Below, in pieces: positions 40,726-51,078 of a DNA stretch of 64,000 nt. This DNA comes from Bacillales bacterium UBA6865 (lineage in GTDB: Bacteria; Bacillota_I; Bacilli_A; RFN20; CAG-826). The DNA is taken from assembly GCA_002449265.1 (NCBI GenBank), contig DKCV01000021.1:45777-109776 (forward strand). The letters run 5' to 3'. Position 1 is the stretch's first letter. The number at the start of each line of letters is the position of its first letter. The position numbers and the translations under genes are program-made. Below the pieces are notes generated by a model that worked only from the letters and a program-made list of their open reading frames with translations, had not been told where the DNA came from and did not search any database.

Positions 40726-42042
40726 ATGGAAAACACTATAAGAAAAAGGACAAAGGATGGTATAGTTATGAAACTTATGGTTAGTGATTTATCGATTGGT
40801 GATTTATTCGAGACGAAAAGGCTATCTCCCCTTAGTGACTTTGACGAGAAAGTGGTCGTGGATTTGTACATGCCCTTAGTCGGTGCGAAGGCCGTTTCTC
40901 TTTATCTTTATCTTTATCAAAATGAGCCAGAAGCGATTGCTAATCATGAAAAATTGTTACGTAACACGAGTTTCTCACTTGGCGAAGTGGTGGCAATGCT
41001 TAACGCGCTAGAAGCGGTAGCGTTAATCAAAACGTTTTTAGGAGAAAGCGAGAAATTCCGCCTTTTTGATTATTGCTTATACGCTCCTTTATCCCCTCGT
41101 GCTTTTTTTGCTGATCCTCTATATGCTGGAACGTTAGAAAAGTACATTGGCAAAGACGACTGCAAAAAGCTCGCCAAGAAATATTCTTTTTCGAAAGAAC
41201 CGGAGAATTTCAAAAACGTTTCAATGGATTTTGTGAGTTATTTTTCTCCTGATGTTGATGACTCTAAATATGCGCAAAGCGTGTTGACTAGCGGTGGCAA
41301 AAAAGCTGGTAAAGCCTCGATTTCTTTTGATTTTACGGGCTTTTTGAATGCGCTAAAAGAGATTGATTCCCGCTATGAACCAAATACCTTCTCTCGCGAA
41401 GAAATTAGCTATATCGAGCGTGTTTCCGCACTTTACGGATATAGTACGGAAACTTTGGCGGGTTTTGCGAATGACGCATTTCTTCTTACTAAGCCATATG
41501 GCAAACGCTTGGACAAAAAATCCTTTCTTTCGATGTGTCAAGAAAATGTTCGTTTTGATTACTTAAGGATGGAAAATAAAGAACGAAGGAAAAATCCTAT
41601 TCATGGGGATACTTCCATCGCAAGAATGGTTCGAAAAATGCAAAATACAACCCCGATTGAATTTCTTTCATTTTTGCAAAAAGGGAATAAGCCGGCATCA
41701 AGCGATATTTCTCTTGTCCAAGAATTGACACTAGATATCGGCCTCAATAATGAAGTCACCAACGCCCTTCTTTTTTATGTCCTTTCCACGCAAAACAACA
41801 CTTTGCCTAGAGCCTACACGGAAAAGGTAGGTGCTTCTTTGGTACGCGAAGGATTAGAAACCGCTTTGGATACTATGAACTTTTTCACGAAGACGAATAA
41901 AACGAAAACTCGTAAGACAATCACAATTCAGCAAAGCAATATCGATAAAAAACCTTTAACAAAAGATACTAATATTTCGATATCTTCTTCTTCAAAAGAA
42001 GAGACATTTGACGATCTTTTTGCAGAAATTGAAAAGAAGTAA
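40726..42042 (+). CDS. dnaB: Firmicute-type replication initiation and membrane attachment protein DnaB (DnaD-like domains)
   Basis: 438 aa. N-terminus LYMPLVGAKAVSLYLYLYQ resembles B. subtilis DnaB LYQPLIGPVAFSLYMTLW. Followed by dnaI as in the Firmicute dnaB-dnaI operon. Confidence 0.7.
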   Translation: MENTIRKRTKDGIVMKLMVSDLSIGDLFETKRLSPLSDFDEKVVVDLYMPLVGAKAVSLYLYLYQNEPEAIANHEKLLRNTSFSLGEVVAMLNALEAVALIKTFLGESEKFRLFDYCLYAPLSPRAFFADPLYAGTLEKYIGKDDCKKLAKKYSFSKEPENFKNVSMDFVSYFSPDVDDSKYAQSVLTSGGKKAGKASISFDFTGFLNALKEIDSRYEPNTFSREEISYIERVSALYGYSTETLAGFANDAFLLTKPYGKRLDKKSFLSMCQENVRFDYLRMENKERRKNPIHGDTSIARMVRKMQNTTPIEFLSFLQKGNKPASSDISLVQELTLDIGLNNEVTNALLFYVLSTQNNTLPRAYTEKVGASLVREGLETALDTMNFFTKTNKTKTRKTITIQQSNIDKKPLTKDTNISISSSSKEETFDDLFAEIEKK

Positions 42043-42045
42043 ATT

Positions 42046-42966
42046 ATGAAAACGAGTAAAGAAGAAAGTGAAAAAATCAGGCCAACTGGAAACGCCTCAA
42101 TTATGGGCGCCGTCGATAATTTAATGTGTGATCCTCTCATTAAGAAAAAGATGGCAGAACTAGGCGTTGACGCTTCTTTTTTAGAGCGTAATTTGCCATT
42201 ATTTTTGGCTTATCAAGAAGCGGCTCACGCTTGCGAAAAATGTCGCGGACTAGATGAATGTTCTTCTTCTACCCCCCATCATACGATGAATTTGTTTCTC
42301 GATGATAGTGGTGTTTTGAATCGCACTTTCGGTTATTGCCATTATTTATTGGATAAAGAAGCTATTCGTAATGGCTATTTATATCGAGATTTCGATGATA
42401 GCTTTTTGTCTAGTGACTTGAATGGCTTTAAAGGCGATACAAAGCGGATTCGCGAATTTGTTAAATTTTGCACCAGCGCTATTTCTAACCGTAACCTTCA
42501 TCCTTGGGTCTATGTTTATGGGGACGTCGGGGTTGGTAAAAGTTCTATTTTAATCGCTGTTTGCAATCGTCTTGTGAAAAGCGAAAGAAAGGTCGCTTTT
42601 CTTGATTGCAATAAGCGTTTTGATGAATTCAAAGCTTTATCCATCAAAAACAAACAGCTTTTTGAACAGACAATGAACCAAATTGCTTCTTACGATATCC
42701 TTGTGCTAGATGATTTCGGAAACGAATACAAAAGCGATTACACCCGTGATCAAATTCTTATGCCGTTATTAAATTACCGCGCCAAGAAAAACCTTGTTAC
42801 CTATTTTTCCAGTAACTATACACTCGATGAAATAAAAGCACTCTATAGTACTTCTAGAGCTGGAAGCATCATTGCTTCTAAAATGGTTAGCTTGATTGAA
42901 TCTAAAATTGAACGCCCTTATGAACTCGAAAAAGGGTTTGAAACATTTTTAGGAAATTATAAGTAG
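42046..42966 (+). CDS. dnaI: Primosomal helicase loader DnaI
   Basis: 306 aa. N-terminal zinc-binding Cys cluster and AAA+ Walker A VYGDVGVGKSSIL. Confidence 0.8.
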   Translation: MKTSKEESEKIRPTGNASIMGAVDNLMCDPLIKKKMAELGVDASFLERNLPLFLAYQEAAHACEKCRGLDECSSSTPHHTMNLFLDDSGVLNRTFGYCHYLLDKEAIRNGYLYRDFDDSFLSSDLNGFKGDTKRIREFVKFCTSAISNRNLHPWVYVYGDVGVGKSSILIAVCNRLVKSERKVAFLDCNKRFDEFKALSIKNKQLFEQTMNQIASYDILVLDDFGNEYKSDYTRDQILMPLLNYRAKKNLVTYFSSNYTLDEIKALYSTSRAGSIIASKMVSLIESKIERPYELEKGFETFLGNYK

Positions 42967-44342
42967 GGAATACTTGCTAGTTTCTTTTGTAAGGAAGCCA
43001 CTGAGCCGTTTCCATCCAAAATGAGGGAGGCGGCTTTTTTTGCTTCTTTCCTAGGGAAGGATTCATTCATTTTTAAAGAAGAAGCAACATCTTTCCCCCG
43101 TTTTAATAAGCGTTCCGTCTGAGTTTCTTTATTCGCTTCGATATAAATGATTAAGTCGCATTCCTTTTCTAAGGGGGAACCGATTAATAAAGGCACATCC
43201 AAAAGGATTCTTTCGGCAGTACTATGATGGATTTCATTTTCAATTTCTTCAAAAACTTTCGGCCAAACTAGTTTTTCTAGCAGCGTTTTTTTATTTACGT
43301 CTTTTGCGATTTCTTTTCGACAATAATCGCGATTTAGGCCAAGAGTATTTATGGCTTCTTTTCCAAAAATCTTTTTAACACCTTTAAGGATGGATTTTTC
43401 TTTATACAAAGAAGCGACAATTTTGTCGGCGTCGATATGCTCATACCCTTTCTTTTCTAAATATTTCGAAACCTCGCTTTTTCCACTTGCGATAGGGCCA
43501 GTTACGCCGACGATCAAAGGATGATCACCCTTTTGACAAAGTGGGCAATATGTTGTTCCTCGCCCATTAATCACAATACGTTTTAAAGGGAAAGAACACC
43601 TAGGACAAGGGGATTTATATTTGCCATAGACGAGAAGCTCGTTTTGCATTAATCCGCTTACACCTTCTTTTGGATGATAGCTTTTTATTGTGCTACCACC
43701 TTCTTTTATGGCCAAAGTTAAAATTCTTCTAGATTCTTTTAAAATAGACGATATTTCTTCTTCAGATAAAGCATTGGCCTTTTTTAGCGGATTTATCCGA
43801 GCGGCAAATAACGTTTCATCAGTATAGATATTTCCGATTCCTGAAATAATATGCTGGTCCATGATAGCTTCTTTAACGGGGCGATGTGTTTTTTGTAGCG
43901 ACTTTTCTAATTCATCTAAGGAAATAGAAAACGGGTCTAACGCTAGTGAAGATAGTGGTGGAAAAGTAAACAAATCTTTTTCGTAGCGGAATTCAATCGT
44001 TCCGAATGTTCTTACGTCGTTATAGCGGAGGGTTTTCCCACTATGAAATTCATAACGCATGATATCGTGAGGAAACTGATTTTCTTCGATATTTCCTTCA
44101 AAATATTTGCCTTCCATTCTTAGATGGGAGATGATTGCCTTTTCGTGAGTAAGATGAAAAATAAGGTATTTTCCAAGGCGAGAAACACCAGTAAATGTTT
44201 CGCCGATCAAAGAAGATACGAAATAATTTGCATCATTTAGGATGTTTTTCTGACGGTAGATTTTTATTGAAGAGATTGTTTCTCCTTTTACAATCGGGTC
44301 CAAAATCCGTCTTACTGTTTCTACTTCAGGGAGTTCTGGCAT
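42957..44342 (-). CDS. In-frame fusion of formamidopyrimidine-DNA glycosylase (Fpg/MutM) and dephospho-CoA kinase (CoaE)
   Basis: 461 aa. N-terminus MPELPEVETVRRIL. Fpg zinc finger CPRCSFPLKRIVINGRGTTYCPLCQK runs straight into the CoaE P-loop HPLIVGVTGPIASGKS with no intervening stop. An internal TTG at about plus 43529 could also initiate CoaE separately. Confidence 0.8.
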   Translation of the reverse strand: MPELPEVETVRRILDPIVKGETISSIKIYRQKNILNDANYFVSSLIGETFTGVSRLGKYLIFHLTHEKAIISHLRMEGKYFEGNIEENQFPHDIMRYEFHSGKTLRYNDVRTFGTIEFRYEKDLFTFPPLSSLALDPFSISLDELEKSLQKTHRPVKEAIMDQHIISGIGNIYTDETLFAARINPLKKANALSEEEISSILKESRRILTLAIKEGGSTIKSYHPKEGVSGLMQNELLVYGKYKSPCPRCSFPLKRIVINGRGTTYCPLCQKGDHPLIVGVTGPIASGKSEVSKYLEKKGYEHIDADKIVASLYKEKSILKGVKKIFGKEAINTLGLNRDYCRKEIAKDVNKKTLLEKLVWPKVFEEIENEIHHSTAERILLDVPLLIGSPLEKECDLIIYIEANKETQTERLLKRGKDVASSLKMNESFPRKEAKKAASLILDGNGSVASLQKKLASIPYL

Positions 44343-46955
44343 TTATTTCGCCTCATACCAATTTTTGCCGATGCCGACTTCCGCTGTCAACTTTACGGGC
44401 AGTTTTACTGCGTTTTCCATAATATCTTTGATTTCTATTTTGACTCGCTCTAATTCGTTAGAAGGCACTTCAAAAATAAGTTCGTCATGGATTTGAAGCA
44501 CCATCTTGGTCGCAAGGCGATTCTCGCTTAAGTAACGATCGATTTTCACCATCGCGATTTTGATTAAATCCGCGGCGCTTCCTTGGACAGGCGCATTTAA
44601 AGCAGCACGGCGAGCAGCTTCTCGCTTAATGAAATTCGGATCATTAATATCTCTTAAGTAGCGGCGTCTACCAAACATCGTGGTTACGTAGCCTTGTGTA
44701 GAAGCTTCATGAGTGATTTTATCGAGAAAGGCTTTTACTTCTGGATAAGAAGAATAAAAGGATTCGATGATGCGTCTAGCTTCTTTTGGGGAATCCCCGA
44801 TTTGCTGTGACAAGCCGAAATCGCTTGTTCCATAAATAATCGCAAAGTTAACGGCTTTCGCACGTCTTCTTTCTAAAGGAGTGATATCTTCATGTCCAAA
44901 GATGCGGCGGGCGGTTTCCGTATGAACATCATGGCCTTCATTAAACACCTTGATATAGGATTTACATCCGCTTAAGGCCGCTAGAAGGCGAAGTTCAATT
45001 TGTCCATAGTCAAGCGACATAAGGTAGACGGAAGGGTCATCATAATAGAAGGCATTACGAATTTGCTTTCCTTCTTCATCGCGTGCCGAAATGTTTTGCA
45101 AGTTAGGGGAGGAAGAAGACAAACGTCCAGTAGAAGTTTGAGCTTGATTGAAATAACTATGGATTTTGCCATCTGCTTTAATATGTGGAATCAATCCATC
45201 AATATATGTTCCGAGCAATTTTGCGTATTTTCGGTATTCTAAAATCCAAGGAATGATTGGGGAATCGTCATAGATATTCATCAAATCATCGATAGAGGTG
45301 CCAGCATTTTTCGCGTGTGGCAAATTCATGACCTCATAAAGGATGTGAGCGATTTGCTTTGGAGAATTAATGTTAAATTTTTCCCCGGCGATTTGATAGA
45401 TTTCATCTTCTGCGTTTTTCTTTTTAGAGGCGAAGGTCCTACCATAATCTTCAAGTTTTTCTTGATGAAGCGGGAATCCTTCAATTTCCATTTTCGCAAG
45501 CACCTTCATTAAAGGCATCTCGATATCGCGATACAAGGTGTAAGCGTCAACGCTTTTGAGCGATTTTTCGACTTTTGGAAGTAAAGTAAGGGCAAAATAG
45601 GCCATTTTTCCAGTTTTTTCTATGTCCCTATTATCAGTCACGAGTAAGGACATGGTCTCTTCTTTTTTCTCACCGATATCCGCCCCAAAAGTCCCATAGA
45701 TTAAGTCTGGGCGAGACGAGACGCTACTATCAAGCAAATAGCCAGCAAGCAATAAGTCTTCTTCAATGCCTTCTATTTCGATCCCTAAATTCTTTAAAGC
45801 GTAAATTGTCGCCTTCCCATCATAGACGCTCTTTTTTATTTCTTTGCTAGAAAGGCAATCTTTTAAGGCGGGGTCGTTTTTAAGGTCGCTTATCGTTTCG
45901 TAATACGTCTTTTCACTTGTTGAAATTGCTAGACCTAGTGGCTCGACATCATGATACGAAGAGAAATCAATATCGAGAGCTAAGCCGATTTCGCTAGGAA
46001 GTTGTATATCTTTGAAACAATGGATTTCTTCGATTGCCGGGGAAAAAGATTCGGCGTTTTCTCTTTTTAAAGAAGAAGGGAGACGTGCGAGCAATTGCTT
46101 TAATTCATATTTTTGCGAAAAAGAATTCACGAGTGAAAAATCGTATCCAGCATAAGTTAAATCATCAATCGAAAAAGGGAGAGTAACGTCAGTTTTAATT
46201 CGTGCAAGATGATAGCTTGCTTCACCCAGTTTTTCTCCTGCGATGATTTTTTCACCGATTTTTCCTTTGATTTGATTGGCTTTTGCTGCCTCAATTACAG
46301 AAGGAAAAGAACCATATTCTTGGATTAATTTCGTCGCGGTTTTTTCTCCAATCCCAGGAATGCCAGGATAATTGTCGCTAGTGTCTCCACGTAAGCCTTT
46401 GAAATCGATGATTTGGGAAGGAGATAAACCCATTTTCTCTTTTAAAACGGCTTCATCATACTCTTCCATTTTCGAGAATCCGACTTTGAGCAAGGAAACT
46501 TTGACATTGCTATCAATGAGCTGCAAATAATCGTGGTCACTTGTGTATATGGTGACTTCATACCCACGCTTGCTTGCTTCTTTAGCGACCGTCCCGCAGA
46601 TATCGTCTGCTTCAATGCCATGTTCTTCGAAATAAACAATCCCTAACGCCTTACATAATTCGCGTGAAATTGGGAACTGCGGCTTTAGGTTTTCTGGGCA
46701 GGGGGCGCGGTTTGCTTTGTAATCTTTGAATTCTTCTTTTCGGAAAGTCTCTTTATCGCTATCAAAGCCGATGAATATTCCTTCACCCCCTTTAAAAGTC
46801 GCAAGAATTTTTGAAAGCATGTTCCCGAAAGCAAAGATTGCGTTAGTGGGGATACCGCTTTTTGTGCGCATTATCGAGGCGTTTTCCCCATAACTAGTCG
46901 CATAATATCCGCGAAATAATAAACTATTTCCATCGATTACTACGAGTTTGCTCAT
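44343..46955 (-). CDS. polA: DNA polymerase I
   Basis: 870 aa. 5'-3' exonuclease N-terminus (MSKLVVIDGNSLLFRGYY) and pol A family motifs (RRRAKAVNFAIIYG; YGQIELR...HDE). Confidence 0.95.
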   Translation of the reverse strand: MSKLVVIDGNSLLFRGYYATSYGENASIMRTKSGIPTNAIFAFGNMLSKILATFKGGEGIFIGFDSDKETFRKEEFKDYKANRAPCPENLKPQFPISRELCKALGIVYFEEHGIEADDICGTVAKEASKRGYEVTIYTSDHDYLQLIDSNVKVSLLKVGFSKMEEYDEAVLKEKMGLSPSQIIDFKGLRGDTSDNYPGIPGIGEKTATKLIQEYGSFPSVIEAAKANQIKGKIGEKIIAGEKLGEASYHLARIKTDVTLPFSIDDLTYAGYDFSLVNSFSQKYELKQLLARLPSSLKRENAESFSPAIEEIHCFKDIQLPSEIGLALDIDFSSYHDVEPLGLAISTSEKTYYETISDLKNDPALKDCLSSKEIKKSVYDGKATIYALKNLGIEIEGIEEDLLLAGYLLDSSVSSRPDLIYGTFGADIGEKKEETMSLLVTDNRDIEKTGKMAYFALTLLPKVEKSLKSVDAYTLYRDIEMPLMKVLAKMEIEGFPLHQEKLEDYGRTFASKKKNAEDEIYQIAGEKFNINSPKQIAHILYEVMNLPHAKNAGTSIDDLMNIYDDSPIIPWILEYRKYAKLLGTYIDGLIPHIKADGKIHSYFNQAQTSTGRLSSSSPNLQNISARDEEGKQIRNAFYYDDPSVYLMSLDYGQIELRLLAALSGCKSYIKVFNEGHDVHTETARRIFGHEDITPLERRRAKAVNFAIIYGTSDFGLSQQIGDSPKEARRIIESFYSSYPEVKAFLDKITHEASTQGYVTTMFGRRRYLRDINDPNFIKREAARRAALNAPVQGSAADLIKIAMVKIDRYLSENRLATKMVLQIHDELIFEVPSNELERVKIEIKDIMENAVKLPVKLTAEVGIGKNWYEAK

Positions 46956-46958
46956 ATT

Positions 46959-49900
46959 CTATTCTCCTAAAGGTGTGATTTTATTGGCTAAGAAAGTATC
47001 TTCTCTACGATTATCTTTCTTGCCTTCAATTAAGATGATATTTCCCTCTTTTAAATATGGGAATGAAGCGCTATATACTTCCTGGAACAAAGTGAAGGAA
47101 GCCTTTGAAACATCATCATAAACTTCTAAGAAACACATTTGGTTTCCTTTTTTCGTCGTGATGAGACGAATTCCTCCAATAATTCCAGCAGTCGTGAAAT
47201 AATTTTCTTCAGTGATTTTTAAAAGGGGAATTGCGTTTTTCGTTTCGAGCTCTTTACGATAAAAATCAAGTGGGGAAGCGCTGACCATCATGCCAAGCGC
47301 TTCATATTCTGCATCTAGATTATCACGAACATTATCTTCAACTTTCACTAATGATGGTTTTTCAATATCTAAACTAATCAAGGAATTATCGGAAGAATCC
47401 CCCATCATTTCGGCATATTTGATATAGCGGTATGCGCTAGCCCTCATACTTGCGCGACTACTTGAGAACTCGTCTAATGTTCCAGCGTCCACTAGTCGGA
47501 TGAATGTGACGAGATTTAGCCCAAAACGCTTTGTCCGCTTTGCAAAATCAGCTAGATCTTTAAATTTCCCGTTTTCGATTCTGTCATCTAATAGTTGTGT
47601 AAGGAAATTTCCTTGAACCCCTTTGATTGTGTTTAATGGCAATAGTAGACTATTCCCTTCGATTTGATAAAGAGTAGAAGAATTGTTTACGCTTGGAACT
47701 TTCAATTGGATTCCTCGTTCTTTTAATTCGGGGACCGTATTGAGAAATTTTTGATCCCCGACGCTCATGGAATCAAGAATCGCGCAATAAAATTCGATGG
47801 GGTAATGCTTTTTTAAATAAGCCATTTGGCAAGTGATTACGCCATAGCTTACGGCGTGAGCTTTATTAAAACCATAGTTTGCGAATCGTTCTATGAGAGA
47901 AAACAAGTCATTCGCAAGCTTTTCGTTTCGTCCACTTTTTAAGCACCCATCGATGAATTTTCCTTTCAAAGAATGAAGTTTTGACGAATCTTTTTTTGAT
48001 ATTGCGCGGCGAAATAAATCCGCTTCTCCAAAAGAAAATCCGGCCACTTTTTGGGTGATTTGCATGATTTGCTCTTGATAGACGATAATGCCATATGTAG
48101 AAGAAAGTATTGGTTCTAAAGCCGGGTCTAGGTAATAAATTTTCTCTTTACCTTTCTTTCGTCTTGCATATAAAGGAATCGATTCCATTGGTCCAGGTCG
48201 AAATAGCGCTTCTAAAGCGGTGATATCTTCAAACGTTGCGGGTTCTAATTCCTTAATCGCTCTTCTCATTCCAGGGCTTTCCATTTGGAATATCCCCATG
48301 GTTTTCCCTTCTTTTATGAGGGCAATTGCCTCTTTGTCGTTATAGGGGAGAGTCGCGAATTCAAGGTGCTTGTGTTCGTATTTCTCGATTAAGCGCAACG
48401 TTAAATCAATCGTGGAAAGGTTTGTTAAACCGAGTAAGTCCATTTTAAGGAACCCTTGTTCCTCTAAGTAGTCTTTCTCTAAACAAGCAACATAACCAAT
48501 TCCGCCTTCGTCTTTGATTGGAATGACATTGGTTAAAGGCTCGTTATTTAAAATAATCCCAGCCGCGTGCAAACCCGCTTGGCGGGGTAATCCTTCGATT
48601 TTAGATGCGAGAGAAACGATTTCTAAGTAATAAGGATCACTATCGATGAGTTTTTTAAATTCGGGAGAGTATCGATAATCTTGACGCAGCGAGAAACGAT
48701 CATTATGAATTGTCGAAATGATTAACGAGATTTCACGGTCTTCATAATCGTAAACGCGTCCAATGTCTCGTAAGGCTTCTTTGGCTCCGATTGTCTGCGT
48801 CGCTAGGACGTGACTTACGCGCTCCTTACCATATTTCTTTTGTAAATACGAAATAACCAAATCACGTTTTGTGTCCATAAAATCTACGTCAATATCTGGC
48901 ATTGATTTTCTTTCTGGATTTAAAAAACGTTCGAATAAAAGGCCATTTTTGAGTGGATCAATGGTAGAAATATCTAAAGAGAAAGAAACTAAACTCGCTG
49001 GACCTGAACCTCTACCTGGGCCTACTAGGATATTATGTGTTTTTGCGAATTTCACATAATCGCTTACGACTAAGAAATAGTCCGCGTAACCCATTTCATT
49101 GATGATTTTTAATTCGTAATCGAGGCGAGAAAAATAATCATTCGAGGGTAGAGGAATCTTTTCTTTTAAGCCTTCTAGCGATAATTTCTTTAAGTATTCT
49201 TCGCTTGTTAAGCCTTCTACATTTTCGTAATGAATTAATGTTCCTCTTTTTTGAACGAAAGAGAAATCGCAACTTTTTGTAAGTTCTTCTGTCGCAAGAA
49301 TTTCGCTTTCTTCATAATAGGAATCAATCGCATTTTGGTCTAAAAAATGTGCGTCACCATTTTGTGTCTTTGTCGTTATTTTTTCGCGAGAATCGATTGC
49401 TTTTGTAATCGTAGTCACAATCGCATCATTTTCCTTTTCATAAGCAATAAAGGGAAAAGCGATCGTGCGATAAGGGTAAGTCTTGACAAAATTTCGCAAG
49501 AATGAAATGAAATCGCTATTTTTTGGACAATAAGGTATCCCCAAATAAAGATTCGAGAAGTCATGAAAAAAATAGGATAAACGTTCCGCGATTTCTTGTT
49601 CGCTCTTCTCTTTGTAGTCACGATAAAGAAATGTTGTCTCGCTATTAAGGATGAATGCTAAGCCATCTTGATGAGATTTTAAAAAGTCTAAAGCAAGTTC
49701 CCCTTTGGAGGCCAAAAAACTGATTTTTAATAAATTTCGATACCCTTCTTCGTTCTTAACAAACGCACTGATTGTTCCTTCTAGAACCTCACAATCCATG
49801 AGATAAAAAGGAGCGACACCATTTGCTTTGCATGATTCGGTGAATGGAGCGTATCCACTTAGGGAGGAAACATCGCAAATGCCAACGGATTGATAACCGT

Positions 49901-49991
49901 ATTTTTTTGCCAAAAGAGGTATTTTTTTAGCGACGAGCCCACTTCTAAGGAAGGAGAACCCACTATAAAGATGGAGGGGAATAAATGACAT
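46959..49991 (-). CDS. dnaE: DNA polymerase III alpha subunit, DnaE type
   Basis: About 1010 aa from MSFIPLHLYSGFSFL (PHP domain). Polymerase core and OB fold. The track ORF extends 23 codons further upstream. Confidence 0.9.
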   Translation of the reverse strand: MSFIPLHLYSGFSFLRSGLVAKKIPLLAKKYGYQSVGICDVSSLSGYAPFTESCKANGVAPFYLMDCEVLEGTISAFVKNEEGYRNLLKISFLASKGELALDFLKSHQDGLAFILNSETTFLYRDYKEKSEQEIAERLSYFFHDFSNLYLGIPYCPKNSDFISFLRNFVKTYPYRTIAFPFIAYEKENDAIVTTITKAIDSREKITTKTQNGDAHFLDQNAIDSYYEESEILATEELTKSCDFSFVQKRGTLIHYENVEGLTSEEYLKKLSLEGLKEKIPLPSNDYFSRLDYELKIINEMGYADYFLVVSDYVKFAKTHNILVGPGRGSGPASLVSFSLDISTIDPLKNGLLFERFLNPERKSMPDIDVDFMDTKRDLVISYLQKKYGKERVSHVLATQTIGAKEALRDIGRVYDYEDREISLIISTIHNDRFSLRQDYRYSPEFKKLIDSDPYYLEIVSLASKIEGLPRQAGLHAAGIILNNEPLTNVIPIKDEGGIGYVACLEKDYLEEQGFLKMDLLGLTNLSTIDLTLRLIEKYEHKHLEFATLPYNDKEAIALIKEGKTMGIFQMESPGMRRAIKELEPATFEDITALEALFRPGPMESIPLYARRKKGKEKIYYLDPALEPILSSTYGIIVYQEQIMQITQKVAGFSFGEADLFRRAISKKDSSKLHSLKGKFIDGCLKSGRNEKLANDLFSLIERFANYGFNKAHAVSYGVITCQMAYLKKHYPIEFYCAILDSMSVGDQKFLNTVPELKERGIQLKVPSVNNSSTLYQIEGNSLLLPLNTIKGVQGNFLTQLLDDRIENGKFKDLADFAKRTKRFGLNLVTFIRLVDAGTLDEFSSSRASMRASAYRYIKYAEMMGDSSDNSLISLDIEKPSLVKVEDNVRDNLDAEYEALGMMVSASPLDFYRKELETKNAIPLLKITEENYFTTAGIIGGIRLITTKKGNQMCFLEVYDDVSKASFTLFQEVYSASFPYLKEGNIILIEGKKDNRREDTFLANKITPLGE

Positions 49992-50052
49992 ATTCTTAGT
50001 ATAATCCAAAAACGATTTTCTTTGGGAGTGACATAAGATTTTCCAAAGCCGA

Positions 50053-51078
50053 TTAAGCAAACATCGCGTCTAAATCACGAATAAAAGAATCAAGCTCATC
50101 GAGAGATTTTATTTTAGCCCCACTTGCTTGAGCGTGTCCGCCACCATGATATTTCATTGCGATAGGGGAGATGTCTTCTTTTTTGCTGCGAATGGATATT
50201 CTCCAGCAGTAATCTTTCGGATTTGGGTCTTCCGTTATTGAGCACCAAGCATTAATACCTTGGATGTTTGAAAAAAGGTTGATATTATCCTTTCCTTGTT
50301 CTGTCACAATGCCAAGTTCTTCTTGAACTTTGCTAGGCAAGACGTAATAAGCAATACCGTGCTTGCTCACTGTAAAGTGATTCAAAATATAAGCTGTTAC
50401 TTTCAAGTCATCGATTTTCTTTTCATACATCGAAAGATAAATTTCATTGATGTTGATACCGGTTTCCAATAAAGCCATCGCACAAGCGAATGTTTTATCT
50501 GTGGTGCTACTATATTGGAAACGGCCGCTATCACCAACGATACCAATGTATAAATAACGGGCGGCTTCTTTTGATAGTTGCTTTTTGGGCCACGTCAATA
50601 AAAACGTCGAAACGAGTTCTGCAGCCGCGGCACTTTCCGTATCAAGTAGCGCATATTTGGCGATTTCTTTTTTGCAGGGGTGATGATCGATTTTGCAAAT
50701 GCAACTCGCTTTCGTGTATCGAGGATCGGCAATTCGTTCATGGTCGCCTACATCTAGAACAATCGCCAAAAAAGGCTCCGAAAACCAAGAATCGTTTAAA
50801 CGCTCGGTTTCTGGAAACAATCGAGGGGTGAATGAAACGTGGTTATCTCCCAGATAATGAATTTCTTTATTCGGGAAATTTTCCTTTAAGAAAGTGACTA
50901 GGCCCATTTGGCTGCCCATTGCGTCATAATCTGGCTTGATATGACGAAAAATAGCGATTCTATCGTATTGATTGATAGCTTTTCGGAGTGCGGAGAAAAC
51001 CGCTTTATGCTCTTTTGCGTATTCTTTCAAAACTTGGTTAGAGGTGCTCATAAAGTTCCTTCGTAAGCTTTCATACAA
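50053..51078 (-). CDS. nrnA: DHH/DHHA1 family phosphoesterase (NrnA-like oligoribonuclease / pAp phosphatase)
   Basis: 341 aa. DHH motifs (DYDAMGS, KIDHH) and DHHA1 GGGH (KYHGGGHAQASG). Alternative start at 51051. Confidence 0.75.
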   Translation of the reverse strand: MYESLRRNFMSTSNQVLKEYAKEHKAVFSALRKAINQYDRIAIFRHIKPDYDAMGSQMGLVTFLKENFPNKEIHYLGDNHVSFTPRLFPETERLNDSWFSEPFLAIVLDVGDHERIADPRYTKASCICKIDHHPCKKEIAKYALLDTESAAAAELVSTFLLTWPKKQLSKEAARYLYIGIVGDSGRFQYSSTTDKTFACAMALLETGININEIYLSMYEKKIDDLKVTAYILNHFTVSKHGIAYYVLPSKVQEELGIVTEQGKDNINLFSNIQGINAWCSITEDPNPKDYCWRISIRSKKEDISPIAMKYHGGGHAQASGAKIKSLDELDSFIRDLDAMFA

